Made by a program: the position numbers and the translations under genes. The notes under the pieces were generated by a model. It made no database searches. It worked only from the letters and a program-made list of their open reading frames with translations, and was not told the origin of the DNA. DNA of 64,000 nucleotides from Lama guanicoe (Eukaryota), in the NCBI GenBank assembly GCA_013239625.1, contig MU056050.1, forward strand, positions 676,504-740,503, read 5' to 3'. Shown here in pieces: positions 51,847 through 64,000 of this stretch (position 1 is its first letter; each line of letters opens with the position of its first letter).

Positions 51847-52225
51847 TGTCTTAATCTGCTCAGACTGCTGTGAGAAAATACCATAGACTGAGTGGCTCAA
51901 ACAACAGACATTTATTTCTCACAGTTCTAGAGGCTGGGAAGTCCAAGATCTAGGTGCTGTTGTGGTCAGATTTTGGTGAGAGCCCTCTTCCTAACTTGCA
52001 GACAGCTGCCTTCTCACTGTGTCCTTGCATGACATGGGAGAAGAGGAAGCAAGCTTCTTGTGTCTTTTCTTATAAGGACAGTAATCGTATCATGGAGGCC
52101 CACCCTCATGACCTCCTCTAAGCCTGCTTACATCCCAAAGGCTCCTCCTTCTAGTACCATTACATTGGAGGTTTAGGTCTTCAACATATGACTTTTGGGA
52201 GGACACAAACATTCAGTTCACAACA
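51847..52225 (-). mobile_element. MaLR LTR (MLT1A-like) nested in an older LTR
   Basis: 'catttatttctcacagttctagaggctgggaagtccaagatc...ggacacaaacattcagttcacaaca'. Confidence 0.9.
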
Positions 52226-52401
52226 GAGAACCAGTACAAATAAATATATAAATGCTTTTGCTCCTTGCTGTGCTGTGAGTAATAAAGTCCTCTGTCTTTG
52301 ACCCAGGAGTCTTTCATCTTCTTTCAGTATTCATGAAACAGTGTTTCATCTTTTTAGATTACAAGTAGGGTGAAATTCCAGACCCTTAACAGTTCTTGAC
52401 A
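52226..52401 (+). mobile_element. 3' end of an older LTR (MER77/MER68-like)
   Basis: 'gtaataaagtcctctgtctttgacccaggagtc...cagacccttaacagttcttgaca'. Confidence 0.65.
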
Positions 52402-53229
52402 AGTACTCTATCCCAGGTTTCTAAGTCAAACTTAGAGGAGCAGGCTTTATTCCTAGCCCTGTGTGAGTGCTGGCTACTGTTCCCTCCAATCCTTTCAGGT
52501 GGTTCTTGCCCCACCCTTGACTAGTTTGCTCACCTGCATGTTCTGATCAATACTGTTGTCTTCCTCTTTCCTTCCTGATCATCTGTCCTGTAAACTCTAG
52601 TCCTCCTTGTACTCTCAGCTCCTTCCTCTCTAACTCAGGGAATCCATTAGGCTTCTCCTCCATTCTCTCTCCCTACACCCTGCATGTGTCCTGGAAACTC
52701 TTTTTAGGCAGTAAACTGGCACAATCTTTTGTTTAAGAATCACTTTTCTTTGTTGCTTGATGTTCTGTGTCTTGAAGAGTCTTGTTTTTTATTGTCTGTT
52801 TTTGAGTTGTTTCAGGTGAGAGGATAATCCAGTCTCTGGTACTCCATTTTGGCTGCAAGTGGAAATTGAATCTTTGTCTTTCGAAAGTGGATTTGATATT
52901 TAAAAACAGCCCAAAGAGAATGGTTGAGTAACTCAATAAGATTGGCCATCAAGCTGGCTAATTCCTCACAGTCCCCTCTCCAGAAAGGTGTGGTAGTAAA
53001 GTAATGAATATTTTTTTTCCCTGTGGTTTTAGCATTTCTGTGGTTTAGAATTATTTTTATAGAGATGAATTTTAGTGGACTTCCTCCACTCTCCCAATTT
53101 CCTAGGCACTGTAACCAATGGAGGATTAAAAGTTCAGAGAAAAAAATTTAGGACTATATTGTTAACTATTGTCCATTCATTCTCAACACTGCAGTTAATT
53201 TAGAAAACATATGACTTTTCCCTTTTGGA

Positions 53230-53975
53230 TGTCTTGTCTTCTCACTCGCAGTGCCATGACTCAGGCTGAGGCCCTCATTTCCTTTGGTCCGGATTATTAT
53301 ACCCCACTCCTAACCGGTTTCTCTCTTTTTTCTGTCCTTCATATTAAGACCAGAGTAACTTTGAAAACAACAACAAAAAAACAAAACCAAAATAGATCTC
53401 TGTCATTTTGCCCCTCAGAATGTTTCCCCCTTAAATAGAGAATAATGGCCCAGCCTCCTTCCTACAATGTGATCTCTTTTTATATTTCTTACTTTACTTT
53501 ATGTAATATAATCGCTACATCCACAGAATTACAGTCCACAAATGGCAGTATTGTAAAGTGCTTTTAACTGGAACAAAAGGAGACAATGAGGCAACTCTGT
53601 TTCTTGTATAGGTCCAGCTCTGTTCCATCTTGGCACACTTGCTTATGTGATTTTTTCCATGAATGCCCTATTTTGCTTGCCTTTGAAGACATTCCTCAAA
53701 TAATAACTACTCCATAAGGCCTCCCGAGATTCCTTCGATTGGAATAAATTCCTTTGTCCCTTATGTTCCCATAGCATGTTGGTTGCACCTGTATTAGAGC
53801 ACTTATCAGACTCTGCTTTGGTTTACTTGAGTAAATACCCATTTCCCTCAGTGGACTGTGAGTCCCTGAAGTGCAGGTACCTACTGCCTTGTTTCTCTTC
53901 ATATTCATCATAGCATCCATCCCAAGGCCTTATAACTGGTCTGTCAGCACATATATTCATTCAGTTGAAATTGAT
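53230..53975. mobile_element. L2 fragments
   Basis: 'ggactgtgagtccctgaagtgcagg...gcatccatcccaaggc', 'ggccctcatttcc...ctcctaaccggtttc'. Confidence 0.6.
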
Positions 53976-55560
53976 TAAATCAGGAAACTTTTTTAGCACG
54001 TAAGAATAAATCAATAATACTTTCATTCACTGACATCTGCAATCTGGTATCAGCTCAGTGCAATTACAAGTAACTAATTTGTCTTTGGCCTCTATGAGGA
54101 CACTGTTCTCTCTTCATGGCCAACCTGTACCCAAAACTTTCATTCTGTCCCCTGAATGCCTACCTTCTCTAGGTGATAGCCACTCTTGATAGTGGCTTTA
54201 GACCTGGTTATGTCTCTGATTCATCTGTGGGAGTTTTTTTTTTTAAAATGCAGTTTCCTGGGTTCTATCCCAGAGCCACTGAGTCGGAATCTCTGGGGAT
54301 GGGAGCACAGGAATTCACATGTTTTTAACAGGCACCTGGCACTTGATGACACTAAAGCTGAGTCAGATTTGAGACCTGTTGCTCTATACTCTTGAGTCTA
54401 AATCATTCAATCTACTGACCCTCCTGTCCAAATTTATCTACTCCGAGTCTCCTGCTTTTGGGACTCAGCTTTCATCTAGCTGGTGTTTTGAAAACTGGTT
54501 CGATGTACTTTCAGACTCCCTTTCACTATGTTATTAATGTCTTATTTCTCTCAAGGGCTTTTAGTTTTTAATAGGGCACTCTCAAAGACAATGTGGAAAA
54601 CATTGCCTCTAAGAAATGGCAGTGTTTAGACTTTTTGGAAGGAAAAAAGATTTGATATCCTTTAAGAATAGTAATTTTGAAGTTGCTGTGGGAAGCAGGT
54701 AAGAATTATAGAAAATGCAGAGTTTTGTTAAATTATTTTTCTGTTACTTACTCATTAAGATTGGAATAGGATTGGAAGGTGTAATTAGAGAGCGATACTT
54801 CATATCATGCTATAGGGAAAACAGGAGAAAAAGGAAAAATCAAAGCCCCAATGGACTTTGATTGCTTTTTCTACCAGGACAGTTTGCAAATGGCTGTGAA
54901 CAGGTCACAGGAGTTAAAAAACATTTTTTTTTTAAAGTTTCCTAAAAGGGATAGAAGACAACTCAGGTTTCCTAAGAGAGGATACAAAGGAAACCAGTAG
55001 AGAAGCAGTTTATTTCCAGTTTAAAATCAAAGGGTAACTGACTATAACTCAATAAAATAAAGTAAAAAAAAGAAATCAAAGGGTACTATACTACATGGTG
55101 CCACATTTCCTTTTAAGGATTAACCTTAATCTATTACTGTATTTCTTGGCTTTTTTTTTTAAAGAATGTGTCATTAATAGGTATCCCTATTTTATATGAA
55201 GTTCTGATTTAGTAGGAAAGAGCATGTTCATGTCTGGAAATATGTAATAGATGATTAGAGTCTCAGCTAGCCATGCTTAAAGCCAAAGTATGTTTGTGAG
55301 ACTTATGGGACTTGAATCTAGTTCTCTCCAGACATACTTGATCACCAACCCATGTCAAAAATTTATGTATCTCAATAGATAAGCATTTACTTAAAGTATT
55401 CCACATAAAACTGATTTAGTGTATTATGAGCGTTAATAAAACACACAAAAATAGAAATAACTAGATTATATATATGTAGACATTTTAACGTTTTCTTACC
55501 AAACCCCAGTGGATTTACTGTTTACAATATTCATGGGGTGCTAACTGCAAAGTACTTTTA

Positions 55561-55688
55561 TTTTTAGTTTCTATTTTTTAAGGGGGGAGGTAATTAGGTT
55601 TATATTTCTTTCTAGAGGAGGTACTGGGGATTGAACCCAGGACCTTGTGCATTCTAGGCATGCGCTCTACCACTTGAGCTATATCCCC
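55561..55688 (-). mobile_element. tRNA-derived camelid-type SINE (Vic-1-like)
   Basis: Minus strand ggggatatagctcaagtggtagagcgcatgcc...gtcctgggttcaatccccagtacctcc (A and B boxes), then aaacctaattacctcccccc and an A-rich tail. TSD tgcaaa(gt/cc)actttta at 55546-55560 and 55689-55703. Confidence 0.88.
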
Positions 55689-57906
55689 TGCAAACCACTT
55701 TTAATACCACTGCTCTTTGCTGTTTGTTCTCAAACTTGGGTTGAGCATTGGGATCATTTTGGGATATTCAAAAAACAGTTGGATTCTTGTGCCCAGGTGT
55801 ATTAAATGAGAATCATCATGGCTGGTGCTTGGGAGCCTGTAGTTTGAAAGCACTTCCCTGGGAATTCTGATGCCCAATCCAGCTTGGGAAATGTTAATTT
55901 AATGCCAAAGGTCACTTAGTGGCTTTTGCTGTTTAGGACCATGATTCTCAACCTTAGCTACACACTGGAACTACCTCGGGAACTTTAAATATATTGATGA
56001 CAAGATTCCCCCTGCCCTTTCCACACCCTTGACCCCAGACTTAACAATTGATCTGAGATGTGGCCTGGGCATTGGGCTTTTGAATCTTCCCAGGTGACTC
56101 TAATGTGCTGCCTAGCATGAGAACCTTGAGGTAGGAAAAAACAGGCTCTGAGAAGCTGTATTACGATTGTTTTGGTTACATGTTACACGAACCCAAGATA
56201 GTTTAAGCAAAGAAAGAACTTATTACTTCACCTAAGATGTCCAGGAGTTGTCTGATTTCAGACATCTTTGCATTTAGGGGCTTAAACAATGCAACCAGGG
56301 ATATTGCTCTCTCTCGTTTTACATCTCTTGACTCTAATTTCCTCTGTATGGTTACATTCTTGGGCAAGCTTTCTCCATATGGCTGGAAATATGACCACAA
56401 CAGTTCTAGGTATATATGATCCTTATAGCTTGCAGTCCTAGAGAAGGAAGGAAAAGTGTTCACTCTTAGAGTTTATATATCAACTCTTAGAGGAGACACT
56501 GATAGTCCTAGCTTGCTTCAGCACCTACCTCTGAACTAATCATGGTGGTTAGATACATGGGGTAGGATGGGTCACATGCCAGCTCAAGTGGTCTGGAGAG
56601 GGTGGGGATTATGAGATGATGGTCTCTAATTTCATGAAATGAGTTTCCCATAGGAAGGGAGGTTTGGTTATAAGAAGATAGAGGAAAAGAATATTATGCA
56701 GGGCAGATACCACAATCCACTACAGAAGTGGACTTTATATATTTAATCCTGTTTTGATGGTGCTAATGGCACAGGTTGGAATATTCATAGAGTCACAGTG
56801 CCCTAAGACAAAAGGAATGTCTATCCAAGGATGAACATTCTGTGTAAGGCTAGTCTTACCAGAAATCAAGTTACAGATTCTTATATAACTGAAAAACAAT
56901 TTCCCTTTCCAATGGAACTGTCAACTGAACCCAACTTCATGAATTAGCTAATTGTTTTCCCTGCTGTTTATATTAACTGCTGAGCTCTTGGGAAGAACTG
57001 AATTCTTTTTGGTGAGAGACTGATGAAAATCTTAATCCCCATGACTCAGTCATCCAATTGTGTAACATTCATTTGAAGAGAAATCCCTTTTTAGCCTGTT
57101 GGTTTAAAGATTGACAGGGCGTTGCTCTTTATACAGTGCTCAAGGTAGTAAAAATTGTAGAGCCATTAGAATTCTGAAATCATCGGAATTAGTACTATGT
57201 GAGAGCCCAGCTCAGGGTCCTTCTCGGAGACAGTACAATATATTCACAGCTGAAGGCCTGGCCCTGAAAATCTGGTTGTCAATTGGGAAAAGCACCTTTA
57301 GAGTCAGTTTCTTTTGTAATTGGTTAACACTTTTCTTTCTCCATGGAATCAAGTAATAGAAAAATAAATGCAAAGTAAATAGAATTTCATGCTTGTGCAA
57401 GTCACTGGCAAAATCATCCTTGGATCGTGCAGGAAGAGGTGTTCTGTTCAGAGGAGAATTGTCTGGAAGTGAAACACTTTATTTCAATCTTCCTTCTCTT
57501 ATTTACCCTGTTTGAAGTTCTAGTTTTAAAATGCTGATTCTTTGCAAAGAGATGTACTGGGAAAGGAGGGGACTTTGTAGCTGTCCCAGGGATTAAATGA
57601 GCTTTTGCAGCATTATAAAATGAGTGATTTATTCATGCAGATTTTGAATACTAGAAAACTCCTCCAAGGTTACTTATATGAAAGCGAGAAGAGCATATTA
57701 AAACTATTATCTAAAGTGTCTACTCATTTTATCTGTTGGGCAGAACAGCAAAGTAGATGAAGTTTGTTTTAGCAGATAAATTATCTCAGCTCTGCTGGGT
57801 CTCTGTGTTGTGTGTGTGTCTGTTTCTCACACACATACACACACACATAAATATGTACACTCATGCACCCCTCCTCGCATCTGTCTCACTTTATTACTCT
57901 TCCTAC

Positions 57907-58502
57907 TGTGTTGTATCAGTTTTTCATTGCTGTTATGACAAATTACCATAGACTTGGTGGCTTAGACAATACAAGACAATACAAATTTATTATCTTACAG
58001 TTCGAGAAGTCAAGTCCAGAAGTTCAAAATGGGTCTCACTGGGTGTTGACAGGACTGAATTCCTTCCTGGAGACTAGGGGAGAATCTGTTTCTTTTCCTT
58101 TTCCAACTTCTAGAGGGTACATTGCTTGGCTTGTGGCTCCATCCTCCATCTTTAAACTAGCAATGACCAGTCAAATCTTTCTCATGTGGGATCACTCTTA
58201 CCTACTCTTCTTCCTTGTTCTCCTACTATAAGGAAGGATTTTTTAAAATTGAGTTATAGTCATTTTACAATGTTGTGTCAAATTCCAGTGTAGAGCACAA
58301 TTTATAAGGACACTTGGTTATATTGGGTCCGCTCAGCTAACCCAGGATAATCTCTATTTTAAAGTCAGCTGACTAGCAACCTTAATTCCATCTGAAGCCT
58401 TAGTTCCCTTTTGCCATATAGCCTAGCATGTTCTCAGATTCTGGGGAGTGGGATGTGGACATCTTTGCCAGGGTAAGGTGTAAGTGTTGTTCTGTTACCA
58501 CA
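57907..58502 (-). mobile_element. MaLR LTR (MLT1-type) with nested tiny L1 3' end
   Basis: 'ttgctgttatgacaaattaccatagacttggtggctt', 'ccaggataatctc...aaccttaattccatctg'. Confidence 0.85.
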
Positions 58503-58584
58503 CATGTCGAGTGCTCCAGGCTTCTATACTCGTTGGCTGCCCAGAATCCCTGACAGTCATGTAAGACTATTATTTCCTGAAGAT

Positions 58585-58720
58585 CTTGGAGTATAATGGA
58601 TAGATAAGAACACCAGAATAGGAGGCAGAAGACCTGGGTTGGAAAACAGCTTCCACTTATGAGCTATGTAACTTTGGACAAATTACTTAACTTCCTGGAG
58701 CCTCAGCTTCCTCATTCATG
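58585..58720 (+). mobile_element. MIR SINE
   Basis: 'aactttggacaaattacttaacttcctggagcctcagcttcctcat'. Confidence 0.8.
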
Positions 58721-59340
58721 GCCTTTCCCACCTTCCTTTATCAAAGCATATCTGTCCTATATCCTTTGTAACAGGCCTCAACTGAGAACTCAAGTTAATA
58801 TGGAAAACTAACTCAAGCTAAAGCATTAATATGTGATAATGGTTTCATGCATCACCACTCTTTTCCCTCCTACCCCCATGCCCTCTCGAGTGCTATTTGT
58901 ATTTTATAAGATGAATTCACTTGGAAGGAAGTCATTTTATTAGGTGTGTAGTAAAATAAATGGATTAGGCTGCTGCCTCATTTCTAAAGCTGGCTTTGTC
59001 CCTGAACATTTAAGAAGAAAGTATAGGATGACCAGAGCATCTGGTTTATCCTGCATAGTCCTGGTTTATGCCTGTTGCCTTGCTTTTTACTCTCAAGTGT
59101 TCTGATTTAGATGAAAAATTATATAGTCCCTGTATTTATTTTGTACTTGTCAACACCTTGAGCGTATCTATCAAATTTCCCTTTTGCCTTGGATTTTCAT
59201 GAAAGCAGGACATTTTAATTACTTTTGTAGTTTCTCCTGTAGGTACCCTAAAATCTGTGTACCATGACTTCTGGGTAGCTACAGTCTATGGTTCACATTT
59301 CAGCCATCATTATTTCTCCAAGTAAAGCTTATAGACTATC

Positions 59341-59715
59341 TGTTATGAACTGAATTGTGTCCCCCCTGCTCCATTCATATGTTGAAGTCCTAACCCTCAT
59401 TTTGACTGTATTTGGAGATAGGACCTTTAAGGAGATAACATTGAATGAAGTCATGAGGATGGTGCTCTAATCCAATAGAACTGGTCTTATGTGAATGGGG
59501 AGAGACACAAAGGATGCACATTCACAGAGAAAAGGCCACGTTAAGGACACAGAAATGAGACCGCCACCTGCAAGCCCAAGAGAGACATCTCAGGAGAAAT
59601 CACACCTGCCAACATGTTAATATTGGACTTCCCCATTCAGAACTGTGAGAGGGAAGTTTCTGTTTTTAAACTACCCAGTCTGTGGTTGTTATGTCAACGC
59701 TAGCAAGCTGGTATA
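59341..59715 (+). mobile_element. MaLR solo LTR (MLT1A/B-like) with 5-bp TSD
   Basis: Starts tgttatgaactgaattgtgtcccc; TSD CTATC at 59336-59340 and 59716-59720. Confidence 0.92.
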
Positions 59716-61049
59716 CTATCTGTATAAGAAGCAGAGATCTTGTTAAAAATGTGGTTTCCTGAGTGCTATCCGAGGCTGAATTAGATTTTCTCTGGTGGGG
59801 CTCAAGGAAGCTGTTTCCTCAGGTGATTCTTATACATACTTAATTTGAGAATCACTGAAACAGGGACCTCGGGGCAGTGAAAAGGGGACTTTTTTCACAT
59901 ATCTTGGTCATGTCAAGTCTTTGTTCTTTCTTCAGGGACTTTCTACCTGGGTGTTAGCAGAAAACAGGGACGGAATGTCCCAGTTATCTTTGGGACATCT
60001 GGAGTTGTCAGTGAAAATTCCAGAAAGCCTGGAGGCTGTGGGGCCTATATGTTCAAGATCAATCAAGGAAGAGAGGAATATACCATCTTAGGGGGAAGTT
60101 AGTATCAAGACTAACCTAGAATTGATTGTTTAAAAAGGTCACTGGGAAGACCATTAAAGCTGGATTTGACTTTTCCCACTTGTCCCCTTCTCCTCCTTTG
60201 GGGCTAGTGACCGATACTTGGAAATAATGCTTTGCCCATTTCCTTAGGGTTTTAGATCTTTCTCTTGACCACCTACCTGTAATACAGATGTACTTAGTCC
60301 TTAGAGATTAAATCCCATCCCAGGGGAGGCTATATTAGGGACACGCCACCTAAGGAACATGGATTTGATGGATAAATATCCTATTCTATAAAGCTTGAGA
60401 TGTCTGTGCCTCAGAAGTTAGGTGCAACCTCAGTGTCAGGCCTACTTGGGATTAGCATGAATCGCTGCCAATTCCTTGATCTGTGCAAGTCTAAAACCTT
60501 CCCCTGGATCCTTAAAAATTCAAGTTGCCTCCAAATAATCCACTTGCACAAAGTATAAGCACTGTAGATGTAGAGATTTTGTAGAAGATACACTGCAATG
60601 CAGACAACTTGAACACATATGATAGGCGCTATTAGCTACCACAACTCTGGAGTTTCACTAGCCCGTCATCTGAACCCAGTGTATTTCTACCTGACCAATT
60701 TCTTTTACATTCTCTCATGTTTTAAAATAACAACAAAATTCCTTCCCCATTCCATTCACATCAACTACTTCCCCACCCTGAGACTTGGTACTACCTGCTT
60801 ATGCAGGTTTTTGGAGTTTTTTTGGGGGGTGGGGGTAGTGGTGAGAAGGATCACTTTCTATCCTTCTGCTTAAGAACTTACCAAGGCAGCCTTCTAACCT
60901 AAGGCAATTCTTGGAGAAATTCTAGTGACCAAATTTGTCTCCATCTCATTTCACAAAAACAGAATTACTGCTGTTACTGCCTGGGAGCTGATAAAGATAC
61001 AGCATGGCTGAATGAGAAGAAATACTATACCAAGTGCTGAAGAGAAGGA

Positions 61050-61425
61050 AACTGTTTTACTGAACGTGTCCTGTATGTCAGGCACAAAGTAGGTGTTTTA
61101 TATATGTTTTCTTACTTTGTCCTCACAGTAACCATGTGAGGACAAATTATAAGTGAGACCCATATTATAAGTGAGAAAAATAAGGATCAGAGAGGTTAAG
61201 TAACTTCAGCTAATAAAAGAAAAATCCAGTATTTAAATTCAGGTCTGAGTCTTAAATGCAGTTTTCACTATGTCACCATATGCTTCTGAATCTGGAGTCC
61301 TGGGTTCAAAGTTCTACTAACAGTCTTGTGTGCCCTTGAAAAAGTCTTGTTCCCTCTCTGAGTTTCAGTTCCTTATCTATGAAACAGGAAGCCTGGATCA
61401 AATGGTTTCTAAAGGCTTTCTGAAT
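61050..61425. mobile_element. MIR fragments in both orientations
   Basis: 'cagagaggttaagtaactt' and 'ctctctgagtttcagttccttatctatgaaa'. Confidence 0.75.
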
Positions 61426-62299
61426 ATAGGCAATATATTCTGTGACCTCTTTACATCACTTGACAGTAAGACTGGAAGATATAGTTGGCTTTACTTAACT
61501 AGGGAAGGACCTCCTTAAGGTACAGATCTTGGTTCTTTATTGTCCTGCCCCTGAAGTTGGTGAGTTATGTGCAGTTTATTTCTATATTGGAGGTTGACTG
61601 GATTTTAGATACATGGGGTTCAGAATTGTTTTAATATAGGATTAATTTACTTCAAATTCCATATTATTTTCAAATTATAAAAATATTTTCAACTTTGCCT
61701 TGAAATAGGAAGGCTTGATGGTCCTTGCAATGTTAATGAGTTACATGGCAGTCTTGCCCTTGGTTGTAAGAAGCAGTATAGGGGGTGTTCAGATCAGCAA
61801 GTCTCATATCCTTAAACTTAGCTTTTTTAGTCTTAAACTGTGAAAGCTGTTTCTCACTCTGAGCATCATGGCCTGAAACACTGCCATCTCTTCCAGTGGC
61901 TGTGCTGGTAATGTAGGGCGGGCCGAAGAGGTACCCGTTGTCATGGTAAATACTTAGAGCAGGCTGCTTCACCACAGTGGCCAATATAGAGGTGATTGTG
62001 TGGCTTTACAAGCCTGTAAATGGAGAAAAAATATGTCACTGTATAATATACTATTGAATCATGGGTTTGGTGCTAGGTGTTGGCTAAGTCATTATCTGTA
62101 TAAAGAAGAGGAGGTAGGAGGGTGGCATATAGAATCCTATTCGGATCCTATAGAGGAAGAGAAGGAATTTCTCAGGAGAGATGCTAGGGATTGTGCCTAT
62201 TGTACAGAATTCAGTAACCTGGGTTATGCTGTCCCTGTCTGGCTAACCCTCTTCTTCCAAAAAAAAAAAAGATGACAATTGATACCACATAGGTTTACA

Positions 62300-62470
62300 G
62301 TGCTTTGTATGCATTATTTCACCATCACAACAACTGTAGGTAGATAGGTAGATTGTACTGTCCAAATTGTACAGATGAGGAACCTAAGTCTCAATGAGGT
62401 GAAATGACTTTCCCAAGGTCCTACAGCTAGTATCTGAACCAGAATGTGAACTCAGGCAGCCCTCTTCTCA
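62300..62470 (-). mobile_element. MIR SINE
   Basis: 'tacagatgaggaacctaagtctcaatgaggtgaaatgactttcccaaggtcctacagctagt'. Confidence 0.85.
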
Positions 62471-62729
62471 TTCCTGCTCCCTTCCCCTTTATCTACATTG
62501 CTTATACTGTCCTCTGTTCAGCCTGAATATCTAGTGATCATCTTGTGGAATCATTTGTGAAATAGTTTTGAAGAGAGTTAATACTGCTGGGTTAGATAAA
62601 TAAACAACAGTAGACTGATCAGCTGATTAAGTAATTACATATTCACTGAATGCTTACTGCACTGGGGATATAGTGTTACAAGAACACCAGAATAACCCTT
62701 GCCTTCTTGAAACATAGAATCTAATTGCT

Positions 62730-62935
62730 GGCACTGTCCACAATGAGAGTCACTAGCTATGTGTAGCAATTCAAATGTATTCAGTTTTAAATAATTCAAA
62801 GTTAAAAACTCAGTGTCTCAGTTACACTAACTCAATTTCAAGTGCTCAGTAGCCACTTGTAGCTAGTGACCACTGTACTGAACAGCACAAATGTGGAACA
62901 TTTCCATTATCACAGACAGTTCTACTGGGCAGTAC
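62730..62935. mobile_element. MER3/MER33-type hAT fragment
   Basis: 'tttcaagtgctcagtagccacttgtagctagtgaccactgtactgaacagcac...gttctactgggcag'. Confidence 0.8.
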
Positions 62936-64000
62936 TTAGATAATTACAGTTGTCTTGGGTGACAAAGAAGACAAGATGTTTAAGAATTATTATTTAATAA
63001 GTGATCTAGTCTGGGAGGCTTTCCTGGGAAAGTGATATTTGAGCTGCGCTTTTAGTCTGAAATAACTAAGCCAATATTCACAGAGAGGACCTTTCCACAG
63101 ACTCCCTGCTGTGACAGAAAGTAACCCTCAGGGAATGACAACAGTGAGGTGGATTTGTTCAACTTGTCCAGGGTGTAAAGGCACCTACCTTCTGCCTTCA
63201 GTGGACCCAACCTTGGCCAAGCAAGAGAGAACAGACTAGAGGAAGGTACAGAACTATCTGAGATCTCTGCCTGTTTAAGTCAGGATGGTAGAACCTGGGG
63301 CCGTGAATTAATACAAGTGAAGACCTGCATTCCTTTTTGCTGCTTTGTAAAATAGTTATGTAACTTTCTTTGAAATATTTTGAGGAGATCTAAGCCTGGC
63401 TGTCAATATTAAGTCTGATAGAAGAATGATATGATTCAGGGTACCCTGAGCAGGGGAGGTGTTTGTGCTTGGGTGCATGTGCTGTGTTAGGAACTACATG
63501 CTCCGTGAACCTCTCCAGCCTGCACTGGAGAAGTGGAGATTACTCAGATGACCACCCATCTACAGGCAGGAAGTTGAGTTCAGGTTCACAAGCTAGCTAA
63601 GATGCCACTTTATGGCATTTGCTGTATATTCAGATTAATTAGAACGGAATGGGGTCACAGTTGTTCTGTCTCTCTCCCTCTCCATCATCATCTGTCTCTA
63701 TCTCATCATTTATGTCTGTCATCTGTCTCTATCACCTATCATCATGATCTATTATATATCTGTTCTCCAGAGGTCCTAGGCAAAATTTTCAGTGCTGTGC
63801 ACATCTTGAACCACTCCTTTCTGTGTGTTCTATTCAGGCTCAGATTTCTTCTCTGGGCAGGACACCATGGAACAAGGTGTGGAAGGGCCAGGCTGTTCTC
63901 TGTTGTCAATATCACGAGCGAGTAATAGTTTGTTTACTTTGCAGAGAGAGAAGGCAAAGTCTCCAAAAGATGCATTTTACTTGACAGGTAACAGTATCAC

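Noticed and set aside
55615..55688. tRNA gene
   Set aside because: The tRNA-like head continues into a SINE body, A-tail and TSD.

Overview
Mammalian genomic DNA, most likely camelid (a tRNA-derived SINE of Vic-1 type sits at 55561-55688), AT-rich and dominated by transposon fossils. The one recognisable gene is an intronless minus-strand retrocopy of CBLL1/Hakai (about 12552-14330). Its first 143 codons are an uninterrupted ORF with the complete RING plus phosphotyrosine-binding (HYB) zinc module. The old proline-rich C-terminal coding region after it is full of stops and frameshifts, which suggests selection for a truncated 'mini-Hakai'. It sits on a small CpG-rich promoter that may fire in both directions, and its N-terminus fits an exon-2-skipped CBLL1 mRNA rather than CBLL2/ZNF645. 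Left of it is a full-length decayed class I endogenous retrovirus (3046-11816, minus strand) with paired LTRs, TSD, tRNA-Ser PBS and gag/pro/pol motifs, carrying two nested LTRs. A second, largely non-coding provirus lies at about 29262-36811. The rest is L1, MaLR, MIR, L2 and hAT fragments, plus a few unique blocks with candidate non-coding exons. Repeat family names and CBLL1 comparisons are from recalled sequences, not database searches.
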